64,000 nucleotides of DNA from an uncultured Veillonellaceae bacterium (GCA_963805085.1 CAWDTA010000004.1:64001-128000); one strand, 5' to 3'. Shown: positions 24,290 to 42,977, numbered from the stretch's first letter. The notes: generated by a model not told the origin, from the letters alone. Numbers and translations are program-made.

Positions 24290-25255
24290 TTACATTTCTA
24301 ATAGTACTTTGGCACAATCAACATCGGTAATTAAAATATTCAAGAATTCTCCTTTTATCGCGCCATACACAGCTTTTGCTTTTTGTGCGCCACCAGCAAT
24401 TCCAATTCTTTGTGGTACTTTCTTTAATTGATCAATTGGCATTCCTGCAACTCGTTCATTAAATTCTCTGAATTTTTCAACTTTTCCAAATTCATTGAAA
24501 AATTGGAGTGATATATCACCAACAGCCCCCAATTTAACAAACTCTTCTAAGATATTTTCATCTACATAGCCAGTATGCATCAAAGTTGAACCTGTTCTAT
24601 CCGGTACACCAATCCCCATAATAACCGTATTTATTTTTCGAAATATTTTAAAAATACTTTTTACTGACTTTTCCATCATAAACCCATTTAGAACATCAAC
24701 ATTAGAGAACACTGCTGGAGCAAAAAATTGTATGCAATCACCGCCAAACATTTTAGCCAATTCCATCGCAATGTAATTCGAGTGAATATCTGCTCTACTT
24801 TCGCCAATACCACCAACAATTGGTACAAAAGTACATTTAATTGGCTCTTTAATACGCTCTTGCATTCTCGTAAGATTTTGTAAAGTCATTCCCATTGTGA
24901 CACCAACGTACTCGCCATCTTCCAGTAACTTTTCTAAAAAGTCAATAGATTCTTCAATCAGTTTACTGCTTGTCCATTCATTTCCAGTTGTAATTGTACT
25001 CGAATCAGCAACAATCACTTCCTTTAAATTGAATTTCTTTTCCAATTCGCGTTCTATTTTACCAAATGTAACACCATAAGGACTTTTAATTTCAATTTTC
25101 ACAATGCCTTGTTCTTTTCCCATTTTTATCATCCGCGAAACAGATGGCCTTGATATTCCCAGCGAATCACAAATCTCTTGTTGGCTTAAACCATCTTCAT
25201 AATATAAACTACAACACTTAAATATCGTTCTTGTATCATCAATAATCTTTTTCAT
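24290..25255 (-). CDS. SorC/DeoR-family sugar-binding transcriptional regulator
   Basis: LYYEDGLSQQEI..LGISRPSVSR HTH; GAVGDI, IAGGAQKAKAV, LITD. Confidence 0.9.
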   Translation of the reverse strand: MKKIIDDTRTIFKCCSLYYEDGLSQQEICDSLGISRPSVSRMIKMGKEQGIVKIEIKSPYGVTFGKIERELEKKFNLKEVIVADSSTITTGNEWTSSKLIEESIDFLEKLLEDGEYVGVTMGMTLQNLTRMQERIKEPIKCTFVPIVGGIGESRADIHSNYIAMELAKMFGGDCIQFFAPAVFSNVDVLNGFMMEKSVKSIFKIFRKINTVIMGIGVPDRTGSTLMHTGYVDENILEEFVKLGAVGDISLQFFNEFGKVEKFREFNERVAGMPIDQLKKVPQRIGIAGGAQKAKAVYGAIKGEFLNILITDVDCAKVLLEM

Positions 25256-25304
25256 TGAAAAACCTCCGATACAGAGTAAGTAACTCATTTGGTTTATAAT
25301 TAGT

Positions 25305-25333
25305 ATTATATCGACATATTATTATGTTTTCAA
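25305..25333 (-). promoter_or_regulatory. SigA promoter of PTS cluster regulator
   Basis: TTGAAA-17 nt-TATAAT about 50 nt upstream of start. Confidence 0.65.
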
Positions 25334-25443
25334 TATCTTAGATGTAGAACATATGTAAAAGTATTATGTGCTTATTTTCACTTTTACATATATTCTATAT
25401 CGTTTATTTAGTAACAATGTGATTATTTTCACTCTTTCAAAAA

Positions 25444-25482
25444 AAGATGACGGTTCATATTTACGCTATGAACCGTCATCTT
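25444..25482 (-). terminator. Rho-independent terminator after araD
   Basis: AAGATGACGGTTCATA/TATGAACCGTCATCTT stem with T-run on minus strand. Confidence 0.85.
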
Positions 25483-25568
25483 GTGCTTTATGATATTAGG
25501 TATCGCATCTCACTCTTTATCCTGAAGACTTTTCTCCTATGCTCATGTTTCCATTCTGAGTTACGATC

Positions 25569-26261
25569 TTATGCTTGCCCGTAGTAGGCATTTTTGCCAT
25601 GTTTTCTTAAATAATGCTTATCCAAAAGTACTTGTTGCATCTGTTGAGTAACTCCATTATTCAAGAGTTTAGAGTGCAAGGCCATAAAGGCAACTTCTTC
25701 TAGCACTACAGCATTATGGACGGCATTGAATGCATCTTTCCCCCAAGAGAACGGACCATGTGAATGCACCAAAACCCCCGGAATATCATTAAAATTTTTA
25801 TTTTGAAATGTTTCAATGATAACTTTGCCAGTTTCTTTTTCATATTCCCCATTAATTTCCGCGTCCGTCATAGGACGAGTACAAGGAATATTCCCATAAA
25901 AATAATCTGCATGTGTTGTTCCTAGTGCTGGAATGTCAAGACTTGCTTGCGCCCATACCGTCGCATAACGCGAATGGGTATGGACAATTCCACCAATGTC
26001 TGCGCTAGCTTTATATAGTTCGATGTGAGTTGCTGTATCAGACGATGGTTTTAGTTTACCTTCCACTACATTGCCTGCAAGGTCTACAACTACCATGTCA
26101 GTAGCTTTCATCTCACTATATTCTACCCCAGATGGTTTGATGACAACCAGCTTAGACGCATGGTCAATTGCTGAAACATTGCCCCAAGTAAAAGTAATTA
26201 ACTTGTATTGTGGTAACATCATATTAGCCTGATACACGGATTCTTTTAATCCTTCTAACAT
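25569..26261 (-). CDS. araD: L-ribulose-5-phosphate 4-epimerase
   Basis: [34 protein letters not shown]. Confidence 0.96.
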   Translation of the reverse strand: MLEGLKESVYQANMMLPQYKLITFTWGNVSAIDHASKLVVIKPSGVEYSEMKATDMVVVDLAGNVVEGKLKPSSDTATHIELYKASADIGGIVHTHSRYATVWAQASLDIPALGTTHADYFYGNIPCTRPMTDAEINGEYEKETGKVIIETFQNKNFNDIPGVLVHSHGPFSWGKDAFNAVHNAVVLEEVAFMALHSKLLNNGVTQQMQQVLLDKHYLRKHGKNAYYGQA

Positions 26262-26328
26262 ATTTTATCTACCCCACCATCATTTATGGTAGCAAAAGAA
26301 CTCTGCTACCACAAGTATTTTTAATAAC

Positions 26329-27810
26329 TTATTTTAATTTCCAAGCAATATCGGCGATTAATAAATCTTGTTTGAAACGATGAAGGTCAATATCTTCTGC
26401 AATATGAACAAACTCAATATCCATCATATTCGCCCAATCTCTAAGTTCATTTGCTGTAAGACTAAAGCTAATGACACTATGATGTGCGCCTCCAGCAGTA
26501 ATCCAAGCTTCAGCTGAAGTTTCAAGATTTGGAAGTGGCTTCCACATTACACGTGCTACTGGTAGATTTGGCATTTCCATAATTGGTTTCACTGCCAATA
26601 CATCATTCACAATCAGACGTAACCTTCCCCCCATATCAATAAGTGACGCACAAATTGCTTTACCACTTGCCCCTTCAAACACCAGCCTTGCGGGATCATC
26701 TTTGCCACCAATACCGAGTGGATGAACTTCTATGCTTGGTTTTGTTGCAGCAACCGTAGGACATATTTCAAGCATATGAGAACCTAAAATCAAACTTTCT
26801 TCCCCAGCAAAATGGTATGTATAATCTTCCATAAGCGAGGTACCACCATCAAGCCCCTGCGCCATTGTCTTCATTACACTAGTCATGGCAGCTACCTTCC
26901 AGTCACCTTCAGGACCAAAGCCATAGCCTTTTTCCATCAATCTTTGCGATGCAAGTCCTGGAAGCTGTTTCATGCCATTTAAATCTTCAAAGGTATTAAC
27001 AAAAGCATCAAAGCCACCTTTTTTCAAGAACGTTTCCATCCCAATTTCAAGTTTTGCCTGATAGCGCACGGATTCAATATTATCTGTTTTTATTGTATAT
27101 GCTTGTTCATATTCTTTTACTATAGCATCAATCTCAGCTTCGCTGACAGCATCAATATATGCTAATAAATCACCAACTGGATAGGTATTCACTGACCAGC
27201 CTAGTTTGATTTGTGCTTCTACTTTGTCGCCTTCTGTTACCGCTACATCCCGCATGTTATCACCAAAACGGGCAACTTTTAACTTTTTGCTTGTCATGAC
27301 ACCAATGGCACTACGCATCCATAAACCAATTTTTTCTTTTATATGTTTGTCTTCCCAATAGCCCACAATAACTTTACGTGGTAAACGCATTCTCGTACCG
27401 ATAAAGCCGTGTTCACGATCTCCATGGGCAGCTTGGTTCAGATTCATAAAGTCCATATCAATCTCTTCATTAGGAATTTCACGATTGAATTGCGTGTGTA
27501 AATGCAAATAAGGTTTTTGTAATTTGCTTAAGCCGCGGATCCACATCTTTGATGGAGAAAAGGTATGCATCCAAGTAATAATACCAGCGCAATTTTTATC
27601 AAAATTTACTTCTTCCATAATATTTTCAATTGCTTCTGAGTTTGTTGCCACGATTTTAAAAATAATTTCTACTGGAAGCTCTTGGGCTTGATTTAGCTTT
27701 TCAACCATAATTTTAGAATGCTCTGCAACTTTTTTCAGTGTTTCTTCACCATAAAGATGTTGGCTGCCTGTAATAAACCAAAATTGACATGTTTTCAAAT
27801 CCTTCATCAT
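26329..27810 (-). CDS. araA: L-arabinose isomerase
   Basis: TGSQHLYG, WMHTFSP, NLNQAAHGDRE, MEDYTY, HMLE. Confidence 0.97.
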   Translation of the reverse strand: MMKDLKTCQFWFITGSQHLYGEETLKKVAEHSKIMVEKLNQAQELPVEIIFKIVATNSEAIENIMEEVNFDKNCAGIITWMHTFSPSKMWIRGLSKLQKPYLHLHTQFNREIPNEEIDMDFMNLNQAAHGDREHGFIGTRMRLPRKVIVGYWEDKHIKEKIGLWMRSAIGVMTSKKLKVARFGDNMRDVAVTEGDKVEAQIKLGWSVNTYPVGDLLAYIDAVSEAEIDAIVKEYEQAYTIKTDNIESVRYQAKLEIGMETFLKKGGFDAFVNTFEDLNGMKQLPGLASQRLMEKGYGFGPEGDWKVAAMTSVMKTMAQGLDGGTSLMEDYTYHFAGEESLILGSHMLEICPTVAATKPSIEVHPLGIGGKDDPARLVFEGASGKAICASLIDMGGRLRLIVNDVLAVKPIMEMPNLPVARVMWKPLPNLETSAEAWITAGGAHHSVISFSLTANELRDWANMMDIEFVHIAEDIDLHRFKQDLLIADIAWKLK

Positions 27811-27854
27811 AAAACCCCCTAAATTTTTTATTTATAAAAATATTAAAATCTATT

Positions 27855-29525
27855 TTATTTAGCAGCTTCTTTTTTAATTTGTTTAAGGCGTTTCATTACG
27901 TCATTATCGCCTCTTCCAAAGTAATCATGAAGCTTATCATATTCTGCGTAAAGTCGATCATACACTACAACATGCTCAGGGATTGGTTGGTACACAATAT
28001 CTTTCAAATTCCCCATTTTTTTCGTTGCATTAAAAATATCATCATAACCGCCTTCTGCTTTGCCCGCAGCAACAGCTGCAAAGATTGCTGAACCAAGTGC
28101 TGGTCCTTGCATTGAGCCAGCAATTTTCACTGGGATATTGCAAATATCTGCATAGATTTGCATTGCCATCGGGTTTTTCTGTGAGATACCACCCGATGCA
28201 TAGAACTCGTCAACTGGCACCCCGCTATCCCGAAATGTTTCAATAATCTTTCTTGTCCCATATGCAGTAGCTTCAATCAACGCACGATAAATTTCTTCTG
28301 GCTTTGATTGTAAGGTAAGCCCTATAATCATGCCCGTCAAATCAACATCAACCAAAACCGACCGATTGCCATTCCACCAGTCAAGTGCTACAAGCCCACT
28401 CTCACCAACGGCAAGCTTACTCGCTTTTTCTGTCAGGTATTGATGTGCACTTATATTTTTCTGTTTTGCAGCTTCGCTATAGCTTTCTGGTAAACAATTA
28501 TTTACAAACCAAGCAAAATGATCGCCAACACAAGATTGACCAGCTTCATAGCCATAGAAACCAGGTAAAACACCATCTTCTACAACCCCACACATCCCTG
28601 GAACAATTTTTTCTTGATCGCCAAGTAAAATATGACAAGTAGATGTTCCCATGATTCCAAGTATTTTTGCTGCACTATCAATTTTTACCGCTGGAATTGT
28701 CACGTGCGCATCTACGTTTCCAACTGCTACTGCTGTGCCGACTTTAAGTCCTGTAAGTTTGGCAGTTTCCGCTGTAATCGAGCCAGCTTTTTGCCCCAAT
28801 GGTGTGATTGGACAATTTAATTTATCTTCTACAACATTCTCTAATCTTGGATCTAAAGCCTTAAAAAATTCTTTTGATGGATATCCATCTGTCTTATGCC
28901 AAATTTCCTTGTATCCAGCTGTACAGGAATTTCTCGTTTGTACACCACACAGCTGCCAGATCACCCAATCTGCTGCCTCAATGAAATAATCCATTTTTTC
29001 ATAAACTTCAGGTGCCTCATCAAGAATCTGCCATAACTTTGGAATTGCCCACTCTGATGAAATTTTCCCTCCATATCGCGCTAACCATTTTTCACCACGT
29101 TCTTCTGCAATTCTATTGAGTTCATTTGCTTTATCTTGGGCAGCGTGATGCTTCCAAAGTTTGATATATGCGTGTGGATTAGACTGATATTCAGCTAGGA
29201 AACATAATGGGGTACCATCCTTTAACACTGGCAATACTGTACAGGCAGTAAAATCAGTACCAATTCCGATAATATCCTCTGGGGAAACCCCAGTTATTTT
29301 AATTAACTCTGGTATGGTGTGCGCAAATACATCCAAATAATCTTGGGGATGTTGCAAGGCCCAATCAACACCTAATGTAGTCCCATCTGGCAAAGATTTG
29401 TCCATTACTGCATGTGGATAGTCATATACACTGCTCATAATTTCTTCACCAGTATTTACCTCCACCAAGACTGCTCTGCCTGAAAGGGTCCCAAAGTCAA
29501 CACCAATCGTATATTTTTTCATCAT
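27855..29525 (-). CDS. araB: Ribulokinase (FGGY)
   Basis: [35 protein letters not shown]. Confidence 0.96.
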   Translation of the reverse strand: MMKKYTIGVDFGTLSGRAVLVEVNTGEEIMSSVYDYPHAVMDKSLPDGTTLGVDWALQHPQDYLDVFAHTIPELIKITGVSPEDIIGIGTDFTACTVLPVLKDGTPLCFLAEYQSNPHAYIKLWKHHAAQDKANELNRIAEERGEKWLARYGGKISSEWAIPKLWQILDEAPEVYEKMDYFIEAADWVIWQLCGVQTRNSCTAGYKEIWHKTDGYPSKEFFKALDPRLENVVEDKLNCPITPLGQKAGSITAETAKLTGLKVGTAVAVGNVDAHVTIPAVKIDSAAKILGIMGTSTCHILLGDQEKIVPGMCGVVEDGVLPGFYGYEAGQSCVGDHFAWFVNNCLPESYSEAAKQKNISAHQYLTEKASKLAVGESGLVALDWWNGNRSVLVDVDLTGMIIGLTLQSKPEEIYRALIEATAYGTRKIIETFRDSGVPVDEFYASGGISQKNPMAMQIYADICNIPVKIAGSMQGPALGSAIFAAVAAGKAEGGYDDIFNATKKMGNLKDIVYQPIPEHVVVYDRLYAEYDKLHDYFGRGDNDVMKRLKQIKKEAAK

Positions 29526-29598
29526 AAGCCCTCCTAATCTAAATTTCTAAATCTTATATAAATAAATATGTAACTACAATTAATGCCTTTCTTCTTAT

Positions 29599-29651
29599 AT
29601 TTGTCATACAACTTTCGACATAATTATACCTAAAAAATAATATTCTCTGAA
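29599..29651 (-). promoter_or_regulatory. araB promoter with predicted AraR operator
   Basis: TTCAGA-17-TATAAT (29623-29651) followed by ATTTGTCATACAACTT (29599-29614). Confidence 0.7.
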
Positions 29652-30066
29652 TTTTATAAATGATATACTAACTAAAACTATATATTTAACATTAACAGAA
29701 TATAGTTTAACCTTAATCGGTTTAATTATTAATATATTTTATAATAATCAGATTTTTAAGATTATTGCAATTTGTGTAAAAATTTAAATAAAATACATGA
29801 TATTTAAAAGTTGTATATTTTATAATACTATTTATCATACAACTTTTAAGACAGCTATATAAAATTATAACTTTGGGCATGACTTCATATAGCTTTATTG
29901 ATAAAATCAATTAATTACAGACATCAAAATTTAAAAATTATGATTTATAATCTAGCTAAAAGAAAATAATCCAAGCAAATTTATTAAAGCACTAACAATC
30001 GTTAATATAAGTTGTCTGCTACATTGATAATTGTCATACAACTATCAATGTAAATATACACCATTT

Positions 30067-31176
30067 TTATTTATTTGGCAATAGGGTTATGGAAAGATCT
30101 CGAATAGAATTTCTTATAACAAGGTCAGGCTTGAATTTTACATTTGCATCAAAATTTTCCTGATTGATCAAACGAATTAAATTAGTAGCTGCTATTTTAC
30201 CTAACTCCACTTTCGGATGGGAAAAGGTCGTTAGCCCAACAGTTGCAACAACACCCAAATCTGAATTATCAAAACTAATAATAGATAGATCCTTTGGCAC
30301 CTCTTTTTGATTATGTGCTAAAATATCGATTACCCTTAGCGCAATTTGATCATTATAGCAAATAACAGCACTGCAACCTTCTATCCGATTTAATACACGT
30401 TGCTCAAAATTTTCTGCAAAGGATAGTTTAATATCTTCGGTTGTATACCATACCACATTATCTTCATACAGTAACACCGAATGCTTTTTTAACATTTTTG
30501 CACAACCAGCATATCGCAAATGGCCTTGAATATCATCAGATTTAAAAATACCAGCAATTTTGGTATGATATTTGTTTAGTAGATACTTCGCTGCTTCTTT
30601 CCCACAAGCATAATCATCCATAGCTACATAAGGAAATGATAAATCAGCGTAATACCCATTAATAAAAATACAAGGAATACCGTGTTTTTTTATTTGCCTA
30701 AATAAATCAGCATTTAAATTTGGTAAACCACTTTTTGTAGGTTCAATGATGATTCCATCGACACCATTATTTAGCATGGACGATAAAATTTTCATTTCAT
30801 TTTCAATCTTGTTGTACGTGATGGATAATTGCATGGTATAACCATTTTGCGTTAATACATTATCAATTCCTTTAATAATACTAGGAAAAATATAGTCATC
30901 CAAATAGGTCGTAATCACCCCTATATTCATGGTACGCAACTTTGGTACTGCCATTGTAGCTGCTATATAGGTGCCACTGCCTCTTTTGCGTTCTAGGATT
31001 CCTTCATTTTCTAAAACACTTGTTGCCTGCCTAACTGTTTGCCTACTAATAGAAAATTTTTCTCCTAACTCATTTTCTGATTGCAGTCTATCCCCTATAC
31101 AAAGATCACCGTTCGCAATTTGTGCTCTAATCCAATTCATTAACGCTAAATATTTAGGCATATTTTCCTTTTTCAT
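30067..31176 (-). CDS. araR: AraR repressor (GntR HTH + LacI-type sensor)
   Basis: PKY..SENEL..ISRQTVRQA..GSGTY; YIFPSII, IIEPTKS; adjacent to araBAD. Confidence 0.93.
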   Translation of the reverse strand: MKKENMPKYLALMNWIRAQIANGDLCIGDRLQSENELGEKFSISRQTVRQATSVLENEGILERKRGSGTYIAATMAVPKLRTMNIGVITTYLDDYIFPSIIKGIDNVLTQNGYTMQLSITYNKIENEMKILSSMLNNGVDGIIIEPTKSGLPNLNADLFRQIKKHGIPCIFINGYYADLSFPYVAMDDYACGKEAAKYLLNKYHTKIAGIFKSDDIQGHLRYAGCAKMLKKHSVLLYEDNVVWYTTEDIKLSFAENFEQRVLNRIEGCSAVICYNDQIALRVIDILAHNQKEVPKDLSIISFDNSDLGVVATVGLTTFSHPKVELGKIAATNLIRLINQENFDANVKFKPDLVIRNSIRDLSITLLPNK

Positions 31177-31361
31177 AATATAAATATATCCCTTCTCCAA
31201 ACATACATTACGATACACAGTAAAAGCGTACCTTTGTTAACTACTAAACTACTAGTCAATTACACTTCTTTTTAATATTTTCTATTATATATTTTAATTA
31301 TCATATTAGCAAATATAATCGAAAAGATTATTAGCATAGTGTAAACTATTCATCTAATCAC

Positions 31362-31390
31362 AAAAAAGGAGACGGCATATTTGCCGTCTC
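31362..31390 (-). terminator. rpoC terminator
   Basis: GAGACGGCA-4-TGCCGTCTC plus T6 on minus strand. Confidence 0.85.
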
Positions 31391-31415
31391 ATAAATTCAA
31401 TTGCTAAATAATAAA

Positions 31416-39165
<7,750 letters not shown>

Positions 39166-39430
39166 TAAATCCTTCACCCCTTAGCCCAATTTGACTAAAT
39201 TAACACACATGATAACAGAAAATAACTTTTAGTAATGAAATACTAAAAAGGCAAGGTCACTAATATTAATTAAACCTTGCATTTTATTGATGAAATACCA
39301 TTTTCATCCTCCATTATATTACTATTTCCTAGTTTACTGCGTGTTATACCTAAATCGAATATTTTTTTGCGGTAGTCAATCGCATTTTAGCGCATAATAC
39401 AGTTTGATATTATACATTCTGCATTAAAAA

Positions 39431-39459
39431 ATACTATCACACTCACATTGTAATGTCAA
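39431..39459 (-). promoter_or_regulatory. Candidate SigA promoter for rpoB
   Basis: TTGACA-17-TAGTAT with TGTGn extension. Confidence 0.55.
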
Positions 39460-39481
39460 TATTTTTTTTTGTAATATGGTA

Positions 39482-39519
39482 AAAATTAAAGAGTACCATT
39501 TGAGGTACTCTTTAATTTT
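39482..39519 (-). terminator. rplL terminator
   Basis: AAAATTAAAGAGTACC/GGTACTCTTTAATTTT inverted repeat. Confidence 0.8.
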
Positions 39520-39544
39520 AAAAAACTATACTGCTAAGCTAAAA

Positions 39545-39910
39545 TTATTTAATTTCAACAGTTGCGCCAGCTTCTTCAAGCTTAGCTTTGATTGCATCAG
39601 CATCAGCTTTAGCAATTTTTTCTTTGATTGCTTTAGGAGCGCCATCAACTAATTCTTTAGCTTCTTTAAGGCCAAGACCAGTTACTTCACGAACAACTTT
39701 GATAACGTTGATTTTGCTACCACCAGCACTAGTTAGTATAACATCAAATTCGCTTTGTTCAGCAACGGCAGCGCCAGCTACTGGAGCTGCTGCTACAGCT
39801 ACAGGAGCTGCTGCGGATACACCGAATTTTTCTTCTAAAGCTTTTACCAATTCTGATAATTCAAGAACCGTCATGTTCTCAATAGCTTCCATAATTTGTT
39901 CTTTATTCAT
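39545..39910 (-). CDS. rplL: 50S ribosomal protein L7/L12
   Basis: [21 protein letters not shown]. Confidence 0.98.
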   Translation of the reverse strand: MNKEQIMEAIENMTVLELSELVKALEEKFGVSAAAPVAVAAAPVAGAAVAEQSEFDVILTSAGGSKINVIKVVREVTGLGLKEAKELVDGAPKAIKEKIAKADADAIKAKLEEAGATVEIK

Positions 39911-39967
39911 TATAAATATACCTCCAAAAATTTTAATTAATTTAATTTATTTCATTTTTTTTAGGAA

Positions 39968-40498
39968 TCATGCAGATTCTTTTTGTTGACGAACTGCATC
40001 AAGCGCATAAACCACATTGCGAATAGAACCTTGTAATACGTTGACAAGACCAACAATTGGGGATTGCATACCAGCAAGTACTTGTGCGATAAGCACTTCG
40101 CGTGCAGGTAAAGCAGCAAGAGCTTTAACAGCTTCTGCATCAATTACTTTGCCTTCAACTAAACCAGCTTTAATTTCTAAACCTTCAAGCTTATTTTCTT
40201 TAATGAATTCAGAAATAATTTTTGCTGGAGCTACTGGATCAGTAGCAGATACTGCTAGAGCAGTAGTACCTTCTAAGTATTCATCTAAGCCTTCAATACC
40301 AGCTTCTTTAGCAGCAATACGAGTCATCGTATTTTTTACAACACGATAATCAACCCCTGCCTCACGTAATTTACAACGAAGTTTTGTATCTTGAGCAACA
40401 GTTAATCCGCTATAAGATGTTAAAACAGCACCTTGAGCAGTACTAAGTTTTTCTTTTAAACTAGCGACAACCGCTTTTTTTTCTGAAGTTATAGCCAT
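39968..40498 (-). CDS. rplJ: 50S ribosomal protein L10
   Basis: YSGLTV..LR..LRE, VVKNTM. Confidence 0.97.
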   Translation of the reverse strand: MAITSEKKAVVASLKEKLSTAQGAVLTSYSGLTVAQDTKLRCKLREAGVDYRVVKNTMTRIAAKEAGIEGLDEYLEGTTALAVSATDPVAPAKIISEFIKENKLEGLEIKAGLVEGKVIDAEAVKALAALPAREVLIAQVLAGMQSPIVGLVNVLQGSIRNVVYALDAVRQQKESA

Positions 40499-40529
40499 GA
40501 AATACACCTCCTCTCATAATTTTAAAAAC

Positions 40530-40650
40530 ACAAAACGACCTCTGACTAAGACGCCAGAGGTCGCAGTAGGCATAAGCCATGCTAAACTCCAACCTCGGCA
40601 GGCGGACCTAAATCCGTTATACTTGCACAGTACCTGCTGTCTACAGCCTA
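40530..40650 (-). ncRNA. L10 leader (attenuator)
   Basis: AGACAGCAGG...CCTGCCGAGG kink-turn core plus terminator CGACCTCTG/CAGAGGTCGTTTT upstream of rplJ. Confidence 0.88.
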
Positions 40651-40677
40651 ATCAATTATTAAGTTGTAAAGGCTAAA

Positions 40678-41376
40678 TTAGCCTTTTGCTGAAATTTTTA
40701 GCGGGTTAATCCTAACGCCAGGCCCCATAGTTGTACTAATTGTAATAGCACGCATATATTGACCTTTAGCAGCGGCAGGTTTAACTTTATTTAATGTATC
40801 CATCAAGGTCTGGAAGTTTTCTAATAACTTACCAGCTTCGAATGAAGCCTTACCAATAGGAGCATGAATATTACCAGCTTTATCAGTACGGTATTCGATT
40901 TTACCTGCTTTAATTTCATTAATAGCACGGGTAACATCCAAAGTCACAGTACCAACTTTAGGATTTGGCATTAAGCCTCTAGGTCCAAGGATTTTACCAA
41001 GACGACCTACTGTACCCATCATGTCAGGAGTAGCTACGGCAACATCAAAGTCAGCCCAGCCTCCTTGAATTTTAGCAACAAGTTCATCAGAACCTACAAA
41101 ATCAGCACCAGCTGCTTCTGCTTCTTTGACTTTATCGCCTTTCGCAAAAACTAACACACGTTTAGTTTTACCAGTACCATGTGGCAACACAACAGCACCG
41201 CGAACTTGTTGATCAGCATGTTTAGGATCTACACCTAATTTTACAGCAACTTCAATTGTTTCGTCAAATTTAGCTGTAGCTGTTTTCTTAGCAAGTTCTA
41301 CTGCTTCTTCAGCGTCATATAATTTATCTTCAATCAACTTTGCAGCTTCTTGATATTTTTTACCGAATTTAGGCAT
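40678..41376 (-). CDS. rplA: 50S ribosomal protein L1
   Basis: [18 protein letters not shown]. Confidence 0.98.
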   Translation of the reverse strand: MPKFGKKYQEAAKLIEDKLYDAEEAVELAKKTATAKFDETIEVAVKLGVDPKHADQQVRGAVVLPHGTGKTKRVLVFAKGDKVKEAEAAGADFVGSDELVAKIQGGWADFDVAVATPDMMGTVGRLGKILGPRGLMPNPKVGTVTLDVTRAINEIKAGKIEYRTDKAGNIHAPIGKASFEAGKLLENFQTLMDTLNKVKPAAAKGQYMRAITISTTMGPGVRINPLKISAKG

Positions 41377-41393
41377 TCTTTCTTTTCCCCTTT

Positions 41394-41422
41394 CGTGGTA
41401 ATAACGGTTTTTTCCTCCCACG
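41394..41422 (-). promoter_or_regulatory. L1-binding leader hairpin
   Basis: CGTGGGAGG...CCGTTATTACCACG between rplK and rplA, the Bacillota arrangement. Confidence 0.75.
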
Positions 41423-41444
41423 AGTATAGCATCTTAACTAATAA

Positions 41445-41870
41445 TTAGTCAACAATTTCAATACCCATGCTGCGAGCTGTACCTTCGATCATACGAGTTG
41501 CAGCTTCAACGCTAGCAGCATTTAAATCTTCCATTTTGCTTTCAGCGATTTCTATTACTTTAGCACGTGGTAATTTAGCAACCTTTTTCTTGTTAGGTTC
41601 GCCGGAAGCAGTTTCAATACCAGCAGCTTTCTTAAGAAGAACAGCAGCTGGAGGAGTTTTAGTGACAAACGTAAATGATCTATCCTCAAAAACTGTAATT
41701 TCAACTGGAATGATTAAACCGCCTTGTTGAGCAGTTCTTTCATTAAAATCTTTAACAAAAGCCATAATATTAACACCAGCTTGACCTAGTGCAGGACCAA
41801 CTGGAGGCGCTGGAGTAGCTTTACCAGCAGGTACTTGTAATTTTACAAGTTTGACAACTTTCTTAGCCAT
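41445..41870 (-). CDS. rplK: 50S ribosomal protein L11
   Basis: [18 protein letters not shown]. Confidence 0.98.
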   Translation of the reverse strand: MAKKVVKLVKLQVPAGKATPAPPVGPALGQAGVNIMAFVKDFNERTAQQGGLIIPVEITVFEDRSFTFVTKTPPAAVLLKKAAGIETASGEPNKKKVAKLPRAKVIEIAESKMEDLNAASVEAATRMIEGTARSMGIEIVD

Positions 41871-41902
41871 ATATATTACACCTCCTTACTATAAAACTAG
41901 AA

Positions 41903-42433
41903 TTAAATTTTTTCTACTTGAGTGAAATCCAGTTCTACTGGAGTTTCACGCCCAAACATATTGACTAAAACTTTAATTTTGCTACGTTCAGGACTAATCT
42001 CTGTAACTGTGGCAGCAAAATTTTCAAATGCGCCAGAGTTAATGTGAACAGCTTGACCAACTTCAATATCAAAGCTAGGTTTAAGCTCTTCAATTCCCAT
42101 GGATTTAAGAATACGTTTGACTTCAGCATCAGTGAGCGGTATAGGTTTAGTTCCAGAACCAACAAACCCAGTAACACCTGGCGTATTGCGAACAATATAC
42201 CAAGATCTATCACTAACAATCATTTCTACCAATGCATATCCAGGGAAAACCTTTTTCTTAGTAATTTTTTTCTTGCCATCTTTATGTTCAACTTCATCTT
42301 CCATCGGTACAACTACACGAAATATTTCGTCTTCCATACCCATTGAATAAACTTTACGTTCAAGATTAGCCTTTACTTTGTTTTCATATCCAGAATATGT
42401 ATGGATTACATACCATTTTTTTTCTGATTCCAT
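41903..42433 (-). CDS. nusG: Transcription factor NusG
   Basis: WYVIHTYSGYE, VRNTPGVTGF, FGRETPVEL. Confidence 0.98.
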   Translation of the reverse strand: MESEKKWYVIHTYSGYENKVKANLERKVYSMGMEDEIFRVVVPMEDEVEHKDGKKKITKKKVFPGYALVEMIVSDRSWYIVRNTPGVTGFVGSGTKPIPLTDAEVKRILKSMGIEELKPSFDIEVGQAVHINSGAFENFAATVTEISPERSKIKVLVNMFGRETPVELDFTQVEKI

Positions 42434-42475
42434 CACTTAAGGGACGAACCTACGTCCCCCACCCCCTTAGCCGCC

Positions 42476-42700
42476 TTATCTTAGAATGACTTCGAGCATT
42501 TTAGCAAACGCAGTATCACAAAACCAAATAAGTATCGAAACAAAAATTACAGCAACAAACACTACCCCTGTATGTGATATAAGTTCTTTTTTGTTAGGCC
42601 ATGATACTTTTTTCATTTCAGACTTAACTTCACGGAAAAATCTTGTTACACGTGAACCATCAGACTGAACAGCTGTTTCTTGAGTAGCCAATCTTTTCAC
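42476..42700 (-). CDS. secE: Preprotein translocase SecE
   Basis: EMKKVSWP plus single TM; start may be TTG at 42691. Confidence 0.93.
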   Translation of the reverse strand: MKRLATQETAVQSDGSRVTRFFREVKSEMKKVSWPNKKELISHTGVVFVAVIFVSILIWFCDTAFAKMLEVILR

Positions 42701-42744
42701 TTCCCCGTCATACTGCTTACGCAGAACACAAAACTGAATCTATA

Positions 42745-42894
42745 TTATTTCGTTTCTTTGTGTAAAGTGTGTTTTTTACAAAACTTGCAGTATTTGTTGA
42801 ATTCCAATCTATCCGGGTCATTTCTTTTGTTTTTATTGGTTTGATAATTACGTTGTTTACATTCAACGCAAGCCAATGTAACTGCATTACGCAT
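42745..42894 (-). CDS. rpmG: 50S ribosomal protein L33 (Zn type)
   Basis: Manual translation [17 protein letters not shown]...[16 protein letters not shown]. Confidence 0.96.
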   Translation of the reverse strand: MRNAVTLACVECKQRNYQTNKNKRNDPDRLEFNKYCKFCKKHTLHKETK

Positions 42895-42948
42895 CCTATG
42901 CACCTCTCTTGCCTGTTAAATATACTACATTTCAAATGTCACTAATAT

Positions 42949-42977
42949 AATTTATCATACTTAGCATAAGCTGTCAA
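42949..42977 (-). promoter_or_regulatory. SigA promoter for rpmG-secE-nusG
   Basis: TTGACA-17-TAAATT with TGn extension. Confidence 0.6.

Noticed and set aside
29722-29910. 62-aa ORF between araR and araB
   Set aside because: No SD, very AT-rich, overlaps predicted operator sites
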